DNA of 51,831 nucleotides from contig JAHIHZ010000011.1 in assembly GCA_018899555.1 (NCBI GenBank), forward strand, positions 1 to 51,831, read 5' to 3'. Numbering within the stretch: the first letter of the stretch is position 1; every line of letters begins with the position of its first letter. The notes under the pieces are model-generated. The model had not been told where the DNA came from. It ran no database searches and saw only the letters and a list, made by a program, of their open reading frames with translations. Positions 20,828 through 31,666 of this stretch are shown here, piece after piece. The translations under genes and the position numbers were made by a program. The stretch is from Patescibacteria group bacterium. Its GTDB lineage: Bacteria > Patescibacteriota > Minisyncoccia > Phycocordibacterales > 21-14-all-36-13.

Positions 20828-21180
20828 TTTTTGAAATATTAAACTTTCTTCTTTTTGTTGATTTTTAATGGGGCAGGCCCTCTTTTGGTTTTGCTTGCCC
20901 CACCTGCCTACCGCAGGCAGGTAAAATTTTTATCCCGTGAAATTTGGAAACTATTTCACTGGGGTGGATTTAAATTAACTGGGATATATTGTGGATTCAA
21001 ATTAACTGAAATATATTATGGATTCAAATGGTCTCCCAGACCATTTGAATTCTCCCAGAGCATAACACAAAAAAATAATTATGGATTTAAAAGCTCAAAA
21101 TATTATGGATTCAAAATTAACTAAAACATTGTGGATTCAAATGGTCCCCCAGACCATTTGAATTCCCGGAGGTTTTGAAT

Positions 21181-21972
21181 TTACATTGGAAATAAATTTA
21201 TTCCTGTAAAAAAAACTATCATAAAACCAATTATTATGAACGGGGCAAACGGAACTTCACTCTTCATTGTAATTCGTTTTCCATTTAAACTCAATTCTTT
21301 TTCATTCAAAATCTTATTTAAGAATATCAACCCAAGACTAAAAATTGCCCCAACCCAAAAAGCTAAAGCGAGGGCAGATAACCCACCAAAAACCCCCAAC
21401 AAAAAACCAATCCCCAATAAAAGTTTGCTGTCTCCTAGCCCTATCCATTTCCCCCCTGAGATAAACCACAAAAAGAAAAGTGGGAAAGCGACTATCGGAC
21501 CAGAAATAATGTTGTAAATGTTTGGTATTCTAAAAATCAATTCGTTCATATCAAAAAAGATGAATAAAAATGAAAATAAAATAAATAAATAAACAACACC
21601 TTCTGGAATAATTTTATGTCTAAAATCGTAAATTGTAATAATCAAAAGCAAACAAAATATAAATATGAAATAAAATGTCTCCAGAGATAAACCAAATTTT
21701 ATAAATAACAAAAACGACAAAATGGCCATTGTAAATTCAACTATAGGATATTGTATAAAAATTTTACTTTTACATTTAGAACATTTTCCTCTAAGAAAAA
21801 TAAAACTAAAAATTGGAATTAATTCAAAAAAATGAAGAGTTTTGGAACAAGAAAAACATTTGGAACGACCAGAAAGATTAAGGCCTGTATTATATCTAAG
21901 AGATACAACATTTATAAAACTTCCCAAAATTGCGCCAAAAACAAAAAATGATATTGAAAATAGAATGTCCAT
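21181..21972 (-). CDS. pilD: prepilin peptidase (A24 family)
   Basis: Polytopic membrane ORF. N-terminal FGAILGSFINVVSLRY and a Cys cluster CFSCSKTL...RGKCSKCKSKI are typical of PilD. Confidence 0.85.
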   Translation of the reverse strand: MDILFSISFFVFGAILGSFINVVSLRYNTGLNLSGRSKCFSCSKTLHFFELIPIFSFIFLRGKCSKCKSKIFIQYPIVEFTMAILSFLLFIKFGLSLETFYFIFIFCLLLIITIYDFRHKIIPEGVVYLFILFSFLFIFFDMNELIFRIPNIYNIISGPIVAFPLFFLWFISGGKWIGLGDSKLLLGIGFLLGVFGGLSALALAFWVGAIFSLGLIFLNKILNEKELSLNGKRITMKSEVPFAPFIIIGFMIVFFTGINLFPM

Positions 21973-22202
21973 AAAATTATTTAAAGGATTTGCCCAATAT
22001 CACTTTTGTAAAAATACAAAAATGATACTGAGTAAATTATACCATCAAATTAAAAAGCTCTAAATCAAAACTCTCTAACTTTAAAATCTCTCAATGAGAT
22101 TTTAAAGAGTCGTGCTGGATTTTAATCCTACCTCGAGAGTTTTGATCCATAATTTTTTTTAGTTTAGAGAGAGCTTTTTAATCCATAATGTTTTTATATA
22201 AT

Positions 22203-22228
22203 AAAAACCCCGCTTAAGCGGGGTTTTT
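22203..22228. terminator. palindromic (bidirectional) terminator after the major pilin gene
   Basis: AAAAACCCCGCTTAAGCGGGGTTTTT. Confidence 0.75.
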
Positions 22229-22249
22229 AGAAAATCATTTCTAGAATTA

Positions 22250-22690
22250 TTACGGTTTAACATCATAAACAGGATCTGTCCCAGCGAAATCTGTCCCGCC
22301 ACCAGTACATGCCGTACCGGCCGCAGCGTCTGCATCACCTTTAAAAGCTTGATGACCTGTGTCTTCAAGCGTTGCTCCCAAGTGATAACTTGAGCATGTT
22401 GTCCCTGAACCTAATGCTGCATATTTGTATGCTGCGCTGGTTTGTGGGTCCGTTGGCAATGTTGGTATAAAGCTAGGGGCAAGCGCGCTTAGGGCTGTAG
22501 GGTAGTTTGCATTTGAATCAAAATATAATTCAAGCGCCAACTGAAGCTGTTTTACATCAGCTATTCTTCTTGCATCTCGCGATTTTTGTCTAGCACTATT
22601 CAATGACGCAAGAACAACTGATGACAAAATACCAATTATTGCGATAACGACAAGAAGTTCAATAAGTGTAAAACCTTTATTTTTTTTCAT
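22250..22690 (-). CDS. pilA: major type IV pilin
   Basis: MKKNKGFTLIELLVVIAIIGILSSVVLASLNSARQKSRDARR is the canonical class III signal peptide plus alpha-1 helix. Confidence 0.88.
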   Translation of the reverse strand: MKKNKGFTLIELLVVIAIIGILSSVVLASLNSARQKSRDARRIADVKQLQLALELYFDSNANYPTALSALAPSFIPTLPTDPQTSAAYKYAALGSGTTCSSYHLGATLEDTGHQAFKGDADAAAGTACTGGGTDFAGTDPVYDVKP

Positions 22691-23145
22691 AATTTTATAC
22701 AGAAAGTTACTAAATATTTAGTATGCAGAAAACTCTGCATGGTCTTGAAATAGCTTTTATAAACTATATTCAAGTATTTACATCAATAAACATAAGAGTA
22801 ATTCGACCTTATCTCTTATATATACATTCGTATGTATTTACATTATAAACTAATAACACAAAACAAAAAAGGAACTTGTGGATAACCCCGTTAGAAGTCG
22901 CGGGCGTAGTACGCCCTACTTCTAACGGGGCAGGCCCCTAAACAAAATCGCGGGCGTAATACATCCTCCTGAAAATTCTTGTTTGAAATGCAACTTATAT
23001 ATAAGATTAAAATATGAGAAAAACATTTAAATATTTGGACTTTCATATAAATTGTCAAGTCTAAAATTAAAAAACCGCTCTGTTGAGCGATCTTTATACT
23101 CATCTGCGTACATCTGCGGTTGTTATCTGCGTACATCTGCGGTTA

Positions 23146-24351
23146 TCAGACGCCGGCTGAAATGTTATAGATTGGGATAAGAACGGACGCCAAAAGCAAA
23201 CCAACACCAACGGCCAATATAACAATCATTACGGGTTCTATCAAACTAACCAATGTATCCACCGCGTTTATAACTTCTCTTCTGTAAAAATTTGATAGAG
23301 TTTTTAAAATACTGCCAAGTTCTCCGGTCTCTTCCCCAACTTTCATCATCTGAACCATAATACTTGGAATTTCTTCATGTTTTGAAAAAGATTCGGAAAC
23401 AGATTTCCCCGCCTTTATAGATTCTGCCGCTTCTTTTATTATATTTTCATAAACTTTATTCCCAACAACCGTCCCGGTGACCTCTATTGACCTAACCATT
23501 GATATACCGCTCGCAAGCATTGTGTGCATATTGTCAGATATTCTTGAAAGGTATAATTTTCTATAAAGACCACCAATAAAAGGTATGGAAATTTTTAATC
23601 TTGATAAATAAAGTTTACCCGCTTCTGTTTTGGCATATTTCCAAAGAAAGAATGCCCCTATTATTAACAATATAATTAAAAATACCCCATAATTTACGAG
23701 TAGATCACTTATCCCAACAACGGCTCTCGTATAAAAAGGCATCGTCTGGCCTGATTCTGCAATAATTGAGCTTATTCTTGGGATAACTGTTGTGAGCATT
23801 AATATCATCACTGACACAAATGTAAATATAATAAAAATTGGATAAACAAGAGCATTTTTTGCCTTTGAAGTCAGCTCGTATGATCTATCTAAATAATCTG
23901 CAAGATACAAAAATGTTTGTTCAAGTTTTCCTGATTCTTCCCCAGAACGAACCATATTTATATAAAAATCAGAAAAAACATCCGTATGTTTTCCCATTGA
24001 TTTTGAAACCGAATTCCCGGCCTTAAGGTCAGAAGAAATTTCTGCTAATTTGCTTCTTAAAACTGGATTCTCTGTTTCAACTGCTAAAAGATTAAATATT
24101 TTTAATGCAGAAACTTGCGCGTCAAAAAGAGTCGCTATCTGACGAGAAAGTATCACAACATCTTTGTTAGAAACTTTATCAAAAAAAGAAATTTTCTTTT
24201 CAAAAAAAGGCACTTTACTTGCACTATCTACTGACACAACAACAAAACCCCTTCTTTGCAGAGAATTTATTGCGACATCAACATTTATCGCGTCTATCTC
24301 TCCACTTTTTTGGAGTCCTTCAGCATCAATTACTTTATATTTGAATAACAT
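23146..24351 (-). CDS. pilC: type IV pilus platform protein (GspF/PilC family)
   Basis: 401 aa with two GspF-type repeats and three TM segments. Confidence 0.88.
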   Translation of the reverse strand: MLFKYKVIDAEGLQKSGEIDAINVDVAINSLQRRGFVVVSVDSASKVPFFEKKISFFDKVSNKDVVILSRQIATLFDAQVSALKIFNLLAVETENPVLRSKLAEISSDLKAGNSVSKSMGKHTDVFSDFYINMVRSGEESGKLEQTFLYLADYLDRSYELTSKAKNALVYPIFIIFTFVSVMILMLTTVIPRISSIIAESGQTMPFYTRAVVGISDLLVNYGVFLIILLIIGAFFLWKYAKTEAGKLYLSRLKISIPFIGGLYRKLYLSRISDNMHTMLASGISMVRSIEVTGTVVGNKVYENIIKEAAESIKAGKSVSESFSKHEEIPSIMVQMMKVGEETGELGSILKTLSNFYRREVINAVDTLVSLIEPVMIVILAVGVGLLLASVLIPIYNISAGV

Positions 24352-24534
24352 GATATAAATGTAAAATTAAAATCTCAAAGTGTAAAATGATAATGTAAAA
24401 TTTTAAAGTTGTTGTGCAAATTTTCTAAAAGAGAATTTGCAATAAATGGTTGTTCTTGATTGTTAAAAATTATGTATCAACAAAAGGTTGGCTATGTGCT
24501 TTGGCGGGTAGGTTGATTTTTACATTTTTAACTT

Positions 24535-25593
24535 TTACAACAATTTTTCTAAATTTTGTATCTTTGTGGAATATTTCCTCGCATCATCAAGAGTTATTTC
24601 GCCCGCTCTTACAAGTTCGGCTAAAGAACGATTCATATCAACCATTCCCAATTCTGAGCTAGTTTCAATAACCGAGTCAATTTCGTGGGTTCTCCCTTCT
24701 CTTATTAAATTAGAAACAGCATTATTGTTTATTAAAAGCTCGTACGCAGGAACAACCCCCCCAGAAATCCTAGGAATAAGTCTTTGCGAAAAAATTCCAA
24801 TTAAACTTCCGGCCAACTGTGTTCTAATTTGAACCTGACTCTCGCTCGGAAATGAATCAATAATTCTATCCATTGTCTGTGATGCATTGTTTGTATGAAG
24901 TGTTGACAGCACTAAATGCCCGGTCTCCGCCGCCGTCACCGCGGTTGAAATTGTTTCGGTCCCGCGCATTTCTCCTATCATAACAACATTCACATCCTGT
25001 CTGAACATACTCTTTAGGGCCGTTTGGAAGTCGGCAGTATCAATTTTAACTTCTCTCTGGTCTATTATAGATTTTTTCTCTTCAAATAAATATTCTATAG
25101 GGTCTTCTATGGTAATTATGTGTTCAGCTCTTGTCTCGTTTATTATTTCAATCATTGAAGCAAGCGTTGTAGTTTTTCCATGACCTACTGGGCCAACAAC
25201 AAGAAAAAACCCCTGTTTTCTGCCCGCAAATGATTCAAGTACTTCAGGAAGATTAAGCTGTTGAAGTGTTTTTATCTTTTTAGGTATCAAACGCATTGCA
25301 ATAGCGATTGTTCCTTTTTGAAAATAACAATTACATCTAAATCTCATTTCGCTATATGAATAAGAAAAATCTATTTCTTTATTTTTTAAAAATTCTTTTT
25401 TTTGTTCTTCGTCTAATAGAGCAGACATTAAACTAAGGGTGTCACTCTCCTTCAAAATATTTTCTTTTTCAAGACCTATTAACATCCCCGATACCCTTAT
25501 GGTTGGTTTTTTGCCGACAGAAATATGGAGGTCTGACGCTCCCTCTTTAATTACTATCGCTAATAAATCTTCAAGTTGTTTTTTTTGTTCCAT
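24535..25593 (-). CDS. pilT: type IV pilus retraction ATPase
   Basis: 352 aa. Walker A GPVGHGKTT and the PilT-like region GHLVLSTLHTNNA. Confidence 0.88.
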   Translation of the reverse strand: MEQKKQLEDLLAIVIKEGASDLHISVGKKPTIRVSGMLIGLEKENILKESDTLSLMSALLDEEQKKEFLKNKEIDFSYSYSEMRFRCNCYFQKGTIAIAMRLIPKKIKTLQQLNLPEVLESFAGRKQGFFLVVGPVGHGKTTTLASMIEIINETRAEHIITIEDPIEYLFEEKKSIIDQREVKIDTADFQTALKSMFRQDVNVVMIGEMRGTETISTAVTAAETGHLVLSTLHTNNASQTMDRIIDSFPSESQVQIRTQLAGSLIGIFSQRLIPRISGGVVPAYELLINNNAVSNLIREGRTHEIDSVIETSSELGMVDMNRSLAELVRAGEITLDDARKYSTKIQNLEKLL

Positions 25594-25676
25594 GGTTTTA
25601 ATTACGAATTAAAATTAACACCCCTCTTAAAAAGCTCAACACCATAGATTAAAATCTAGCGCCATTCTTTAAAAGC

Positions 25677-26114
25677 TCATTGGGGGCTTTTTAAGTTAGA
25701 GAGTTTTGATATATTTTCTTTCGCTATACTCAAAACCTCTTTCAACACTTCGGATGGTATTGTACTCGCCTTTACTATATATCCATGAATGCCATACTTC
25801 TTTGCTTTATCAATATCTGATGCCTGTCCCTGATTACTTAAAATCACAATGACAGCTTTTGGAGCAAGATTTTCTGCTTTCTTTTTTTCAAGAAAAGCAA
25901 AGCCGTCCATTACGGGCATTACAATATCAAGTAATAAAATATCATAATTTTTATTTTCCCTTAGTTTTTCAAGCGCCTCCTCTCCCCCGATTGCGGTATC
26001 AACAACAAGGCCATTCTCTTTAAATTTTACAGTATAAATATCAAGAAGAAATTTATCATCGTCAATAATTAAAACTTTATATTTATCATTTTCCATATCT
26101 TTATATTTTAACAC
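25677..26114 (-). CDS. stand-alone response regulator receiver domain (CheY-like)
   Basis: VLIIDDD..., LLLDIVMPVMDG and a conserved K in GYIVKA. No output domain. Confidence 0.8.
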   Translation of the reverse strand: MLKYKDMENDKYKVLIIDDDKFLLDIYTVKFKENGLVVDTAIGGEEALEKLRENKNYDILLLDIVMPVMDGFAFLEKKKAENLAPKAVIVILSNQGQASDIDKAKKYGIHGYIVKASTIPSEVLKEVLSIAKENISKLSNLKSPQ

Positions 26115-26149
26115 AATGAACTAAATTTTAATAAACACAATTTGAAGCT

Positions 26150-27877
26150 TTATAACTTATTGGCCTCTTCAAAGGGAATTTCCCCCCTAAATGCCTTTAA
26201 AAGCGCATCTTCCCGCATAGTGAGCATCCCATTTTTTCTTGCAATTTTATATATTCCACTTTCACTCGGGTCTTTCAAAATAACCTCCTCAATTTCTTTA
26301 TTCATTTCCATAATTTCAAATACCGCAGTTCTTCCTCTCGTCCCATTTGGACAATCAGACGACGAACCAGCCGTATAAATATTATCGGGAATTTTTATAT
26401 CTTTTTTAAATTCATTAGGTAAATCGCTAAATTGTTTTTCTAACATAATTTTCAAAGCGCCGTCAATCGGTATGGCCTTGCCAGAGTTCGGACAAAGTAG
26501 TTTTACTAACCTTTGGGCTATGGTCATTATTAGTGTTGGGGGTATTAAAAATGGATCAACTCCCATATCTATAAGACGAGGAATAACGCCAACGGCATTG
26601 TTTGTGTGTATTGTTGATAAAACAAGGTGTCCGGTAAGGGCTGCTTGAATAGCAAGTTTTGCAGTATCTTTGTCCCGAATCTCACCAACCATTATTATAT
26701 CTGGGTCTTGTCTTAGCGTTGTTCTAAGACCTGTAGCAAATGTATACCCTATCTCCGGTCTTATTTCTGATTGGCTGACACCGGGAATATTATATTCTAT
26801 TGGATTTTCCAAACTGAGAACATTATTGGTTTCCCTGTCTAATTGTTCAAGCATTGAATACAGCGTCGTTGTTTTACCAGAACCCGTTGGCCCAGATATC
26901 AAAATTAATCCATACGACTTACTTATTGCATTTTTAATAATTTTTAAATTTTTCTCACTTATACCCAAATTATCCAAACCAACAACGCCAGTATTTGGGT
27001 CAAGAATCCTCATAACTACTTTTTCACCATAATAAGTGGGAAAAGTTGAAACCCTAAAATCTATTTTTCTGTTATCAACATGAGCCGAAAACCTGCCATC
27101 TTGTGGTTTTCTTTTTTCATCCAACTTCATATTAGATAATATCTTTATTCTGGCCGTAACTGCATTATGAATTTTTTTAGGAAGTTTTAAACTCGTATTC
27201 ATTTCGCCATCTACTCTAAATCTGATGCGCACTTCCTCGTCAATCGGTTCTATATGAATATCCGACGCTCTACCCTCTGTCGCATATCTCAATATGGTCG
27301 CAACAATTTTTGTTACGGGCGCATCTTCAATTATTCTTGTAGTAATGCCTTTTTTTGATATTTCCGAAACTTCTTTTGATAATTTCTGTTCTTCAATTGA
27401 TAATTCTGTTTCAAGTTCTGTTAGGGCCTTGCCAACTTCGCCAGATAATCCGTCGTATGATTCTTTTATTTTTTTGAAATCTCTCTCAGAGATAACATAT
27501 ATTTTAAAAGATAAATGATTTTTAGATGCTATAAATGATACAGCGTCTCTCGCTTCCATATCATCAGGATTAACAAAACCAATTTCAAGTACTCCGTCCT
27601 GAATCTCCAAAGGAACAATTTTATAATAATCAGCGGATTTTTCAGGTATATATTTCAACATTTCAAAGGGAATCGGAGTATTTTCTAAGTTTTTAAAAGG
27701 AACATTGTAATAACTACTTTTCGCCTCTATTATTTCCGACATCGTAATTCCTCTTTTCATTAAAACATTTTCAATATCTCCGCCTATTTCTTTTATTTCT
27801 TTTTCTAAAACAGAAATATCTTCCTTGTTTATAAGTTTTTTATTTAACAATATATTTAAAAAATTTTGTAGATTCAT
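26150..27877 (-). CDS. pilB: type IV pilus assembly ATPase (GspE/PilB family)
   Basis: 575 aa. N-terminal GSPII domain, Walker A GPTGSGKTT, GHLVLSTIHTNNA and a tetracysteine-like region. Confidence 0.9.
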   Translation of the reverse strand: MNLQNFLNILLNKKLINKEDISVLEKEIKEIGGDIENVLMKRGITMSEIIEAKSSYYNVPFKNLENTPIPFEMLKYIPEKSADYYKIVPLEIQDGVLEIGFVNPDDMEARDAVSFIASKNHLSFKIYVISERDFKKIKESYDGLSGEVGKALTELETELSIEEQKLSKEVSEISKKGITTRIIEDAPVTKIVATILRYATEGRASDIHIEPIDEEVRIRFRVDGEMNTSLKLPKKIHNAVTARIKILSNMKLDEKRKPQDGRFSAHVDNRKIDFRVSTFPTYYGEKVVMRILDPNTGVVGLDNLGISEKNLKIIKNAISKSYGLILISGPTGSGKTTTLYSMLEQLDRETNNVLSLENPIEYNIPGVSQSEIRPEIGYTFATGLRTTLRQDPDIIMVGEIRDKDTAKLAIQAALTGHLVLSTIHTNNAVGVIPRLIDMGVDPFLIPPTLIMTIAQRLVKLLCPNSGKAIPIDGALKIMLEKQFSDLPNEFKKDIKIPDNIYTAGSSSDCPNGTRGRTAVFEIMEMNKEIEEVILKDPSESGIYKIARKNGMLTMREDALLKAFRGEIPFEEANKL

Positions 27878-28114
27878 ATTTAACTGTGTTTACAAATGTT
27901 TACCCTGTTAAATCCCGCGTAGCGGAAAATTTGCTTCGACAAATTTATTTAACAGGGCGAGCAAAAATATTACCTGCCCCGTGAAATTCAAAGAATATTT
28001 CACTGGGGTGGATTGAAACGCTCAAAAAAATTATGGAATAGAAAGCTCAAAACATGAATCAATTCTGACACTTTACTTAAAAAGTTCATTTAGAACTTTT
28101 TAAGTTAGAGCTTT

Positions 28115-28426
28115 TTATTTCAATTCAAGTGGAGCAAATGGGTTGGTCCTACCGACTTCTTGCGGTTCTATCTTTATACTATAATCGCTCAAACTTTGAA
28201 ATACAGCGGAGTTAAATAATTTTTCATCTAATTTGATTGATTTCATTTCCAAAAGAAGCGTTATAAGTGATTTATCAACGGCTGAAGTTTTGCCGGCAAC
28301 TGGTTCAATATAAAGTCCAGAATCATTATCTAACCCACTCCCTCTAAAAAAGAAAAAGTACAAAGCAAAAACCAAAATAATAATTGCTATTGTAATAATT
28401 ATATTTTTTATAAATTTTTTGTTCAT
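28115..28426 (-). CDS. hypothetical membrane-anchored pilus-cluster protein (PilP-position)
   Basis: The ORF track extends to 28570, but 28430-28565 is intergenic-type repeat sequence. The start is therefore taken as MNKKFIKNIIITIAIIILV (28426). Confidence 0.5.
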   Translation of the reverse strand: MNKKFIKNIIITIAIIILVFALYFFFFRGSGLDNDSGLYIEPVAGKTSAVDKSLITLLLEMKSIKLDEKLFNSAVFQSLSDYSIKIEPQEVGRTNPFAPLELK

Positions 28427-28566
28427 GTTTAAATTAAAAAAATAAATAAATTTTGAATTATGGATAAAAAATCTGACACTACTCTTGGAAACCTCTCCCA
28501 GAGGTTTCCAAGTATGGATGAAAAATCTGGCACTACCCTTCAAAAGCTCATTTAGAGCTTTTGAAG

Positions 28567-29109
28567 TCATTCTACCCAGTATGTTTCAACGCTAACTCTA
28601 TATTCATTAAAATCTGAATCGGACGCCTTAAATGCAATTCTAGATACATCAACTATTCTTAATTTATTCTCAAGGTCTTCTATAAATTTAACAAAATTGG
28701 CATAAGAAGAAGACACTGAAAAACTTAATGTTATTGTATAAAAATCTTTCGCGGTGGCTTCAACTATATTTTTACCCGCGGTCTCGGTCCCGCCAGAAAC
28801 AGACACATCTCTCAAATTCATCCCATATTTTGAAGCCGTATTATCTATTTCCAAAATTAAACGAACATTATCAACATTATCTGGTAAAAGTTTTTCCAGT
28901 TTTTCTATGTCTGCAGAACTGAAAGTATTATATTTAGATAAAAGCGAATCTCTTATTATTTGTAATTCGCGGGATTTATTTAACGCTTCATCATACTGAA
29001 CTTCATCTTTTTCTGCGATTTTTATTTTATTATAAGCGGGGTCCGTGTAGGTAAGAAAAACCGCAATTGACACAATTATTAAAATTATTGGTGTTATAAT
29101 TCCTTTCAT
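28567..29109 (-). CDS. pilO: PilO-like pilus assembly protein
   Basis: 180 aa with N-terminal TM, a coiled-coil and a ferredoxin-like C-terminal part. Sits after the pilN-like gene. Confidence 0.6.
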   Translation of the reverse strand: MKGIITPIILIIVSIAVFLTYTDPAYNKIKIAEKDEVQYDEALNKSRELQIIRDSLLSKYNTFSSADIEKLEKLLPDNVDNVRLILEIDNTASKYGMNLRDVSVSGGTETAGKNIVEATAKDFYTITLSFSVSSSYANFVKFIEDLENKLRIVDVSRIAFKASDSDFNEYRVSVETYWVE

Positions 29110-29110
29110 A

Positions 29111-29722
29111 TTATTTCTCTATATTATTTTCGTATAGAATTAAAGACCTATCTATAACCGCGGAAAAATCAAATAAAACATTTCCACTAGGGTTTAACTT
29201 AAAATTTGAAAAAATCGGTTCCTGTATAAATTTATTTCCACCAAACATATCCGACTGTAATGCAACCGAAGAATAGCTATTAGCTTCTCCCTTCATAAAT
29301 ACACTAAACGAACCGTCATCTCTTTTTACAAATTCAAACTCGCTAAATCTTACAGTTTTAAGTGTGAGCTTTTCCAAAAGTTTCAAAAATATAGAGACAG
29401 AAATGTGATTATTTAAAACTTTTTTTGCTGAATTAATACGAGTATCAAGTTTTGAAAGTTTTTCAATAAGCGCCGGTTCAAACGACCCTTTTGCTCTTTC
29501 AAGCGAGGCAACTTTATTTTGTATTGCTTTTGTTTTATATTCACCCAAAAGAAACACCCCGCCGGCGAGGACAATAGATATTATAAACATTATTATTGAT
29601 AAGAGCGATAGTAAACCAATCTTACTAGATTTTTTATTTCCGGAATCAAAAGAGTCCGTTAATTTCGTCCTTGGTATAAAGGATGTATTATTGTTCATAA
29701 TTAGTATATAAATTATATACAA
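29111..29722 (-). CDS. pilN: PilN-like pilus assembly protein
   Basis: 203 aa with a single TM (LLSLLSIIMFIISIVLAGGVFLL) followed by a coiled-coil. Assigned by position. Confidence 0.55.
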   Translation of the reverse strand: MYIIYILIMNNNTSFIPRTKLTDSFDSGNKKSSKIGLLSLLSIIMFIISIVLAGGVFLLGEYKTKAIQNKVASLERAKGSFEPALIEKLSKLDTRINSAKKVLNNHISVSIFLKLLEKLTLKTVRFSEFEFVKRDDGSFSVFMKGEANSYSSVALQSDMFGGNKFIQEPIFSNFKLNPSGNVLFDFSAVIDRSLILYENNIEK

Positions 29723-30544
29723 TAAACAAGAAAAAGTATAAATGATATGTTAATAACCCCCAAGAAAAAAATCAAGGAATTTAATAGCGGTAAAAATATT
29801 CTGTGCAACATCCGATGTTGCACAGATTGACTTTGTCAAACACTGTCAAACACTCGGTGTTTGACATATTGAGTCTGGTTTCAATTTTAAACGGAGGCAA
29901 GGCCTCCGTGGAAAAATCACTTGGGTGCGGAGCACCCAAGTGAAGAAAAAGAGAAAGGCCAAAGAAAGGTTCCTGACACCTTTTCCTGACATCTTTTCCA
30001 AAGAAAGGTTCCTGACACCTTTTCCTGACACCTTTTCTGACATCTTTTCTTGTTTTGGGTTTGCTAACACTCTGCCAAACACTGTCAAACACTCGATGTT
30101 TGACATAGTAAATCTGGAAGCATTTGAGGGTTGAATTAGATTCGGCCTTTTTTATTTTTTATAAACCTACACGCAACTCTGCTATCGCAGAGTTGCGTGT
30201 AGGTTTATATTTTTTTTAGTAACCGAGCTTCCAAGTGAGGTTTTAAAAAAAATAATTATGAATGAAAAAGCAAAAAAATAATTGTGGATGAAAAATGTCC
30301 TTAGGGACATTTTCCCAAAAAACAAAATAATTGTGGATGAAAATTGTCGCTTGACGACAATTTTCATTTATTGTTTCTTTTTTTATTTTGTGCCTTTGTC
30401 GTACGGAGGCGTTGTGTACGGAGGCGTTGCCTCCGTAATTATACCAAGGCTTACCCTTGGTAATTTTCCTTGTTTTCTTGTTTTTTTGCTTTTTTATTTT
30501 TGTCCGCGTTTAGTCCACATTGTTAGTCTGCGTTCGATCCGCGT
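29723..30544. repeat. 822-bp repeat-only spacer splitting pilM from pilN-pilO
   Basis: Contains TGTCAAACAC iteron-like clusters (29834-29866 and 30073-30105), a roughly 39-bp tandem duplication (29960-30050), several unique hairpins, ATTGTGGATGAAAA+hairpin units (30280-30368) and GTCCGCG-type repeats (30502-30552). Confidence 0.85.
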
Positions 30545-31666
30545 TCAGTCCATTTCTTCTAATTTTCTTAAAGCAATCCCAACCGCAACGGCAAATTCTG
30601 GACCCGCCCTTTTTAAAACCTCCTCCAAAAATGCAGGCGCCTCAACTTTTCTAAATGGATTTGCCAATTCAACTTCAATTTTGAATTTTTCAGATGTTCT
30701 ATCAACAATGTTTTTTAAAAGCATACCCCCGCCGGTTAATATAATTTTAACTATACTTTTGTTATATCTGATTTGATAACCTATTATTGTTTTTTCAACT
30801 TCAGAAAAAATATATTCCATAATAGCCGATGTGCTTTCAGAAACATCTTCTTCGTTATCTGTTTCTCTTGTTAAACCAGTTGTTCGTTTTGACCCCTCAG
30901 CTTCATCAAAAGAAATACCTAATGATTTTGATAACGCGAGAGTTAAATCTTGCGACCCTCTATTTACAATATGAGATTCTCTAATAATTCCTCCTTCTAC
31001 TACATATAGTTTTGTTGTGCTAACCCCAAAATCAAAAATCATTACAGGCCTTATCCCCCTGCTTAGTACAGACCTTGTAGTAGCAAAAAGTTCTATTTCA
31101 AAAAAGGAACTCTCTAAGTTGTTTTGCGACAGAACATCCGTGTACATATTTATTATCTCCTTATGTATGGCAACTATCATCACTTCAATCTTATCTGCTT
31201 TTTGAGCTTCACCTTCTTCAGAATAGCTGGTTTCTTTTGGTATAATATTCCAATCCAAAAGAACCTCAGTCGCGGGCACTGGGATATATTTTCTTGCCTC
31301 TATGGGAACTATCTCTTTTAGTTGTCTTTCGCTTACAGATGGGATTTTAATAATCTTCAATAGACTTGAACTAAGCGGGACGGCCACCCCGCATTTTTTT
31401 GCAGTTACTTTTGATTCTCTTAACAAATCTGATAACGCCTCTGTTATTTTTTGAGTTGATAATTTCGTCGCTCTTCCATTTTCCACATTTGCATACGCGC
31501 CAAGGGATATTTCTCCGTATGTTTCGAGAATTGCCTTACCTCTTTTCTTTCTTAATTGAACTACCTTAATAGAAGAAGAGCTTATATCAATACCCAAAAC
31601 ACTCTCTTCTTTTTTATTAAAATAATCTTTTACCGATTTTATTATATTATTTAAAAACTCACTCAT
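30545..31666 (-). CDS. pilM: type IV pilus assembly protein PilM (actin-like ATPase)
   Basis: 373 aa with LGIDISSSSIKVVQL and an actin/FtsA-like fold pattern. Confidence 0.85.
   Translation of the reverse strand: MSEFLNNIIKSVKDYFNKKEESVLGIDISSSSIKVVQLRKKRGKAILETYGEISLGAYANVENGRATKLSTQKITEALSDLLRESKVTAKKCGVAVPLSSSLLKIIKIPSVSERQLKEIVPIEARKYIPVPATEVLLDWNIIPKETSYSEEGEAQKADKIEVMIVAIHKEIINMYTDVLSQNNLESSFFEIELFATTRSVLSRGIRPVMIFDFGVSTTKLYVVEGGIIRESHIVNRGSQDLTLALSKSLGISFDEAEGSKRTTGLTRETDNEEDVSESTSAIMEYIFSEVEKTIIGYQIRYNKSIVKIILTGGGMLLKNIVDRTSEKFKIEVELANPFRKVEAPAFLEEVLKRAGPEFAVAVGIALRKLEEMD

Noticed and set aside
20855-21124. ORFs made of repeat units (20855-21124, 29781-30134, 30182-30776, 22891-23136, 18552-18767, 24450-24662)
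   Set aside because: Their peptides are internally repetitive translations of intergenic modules (for example GFKLTGIYCGFKLTEIYYGFK). They have no starts with promoter context, and they overlap hairpins.
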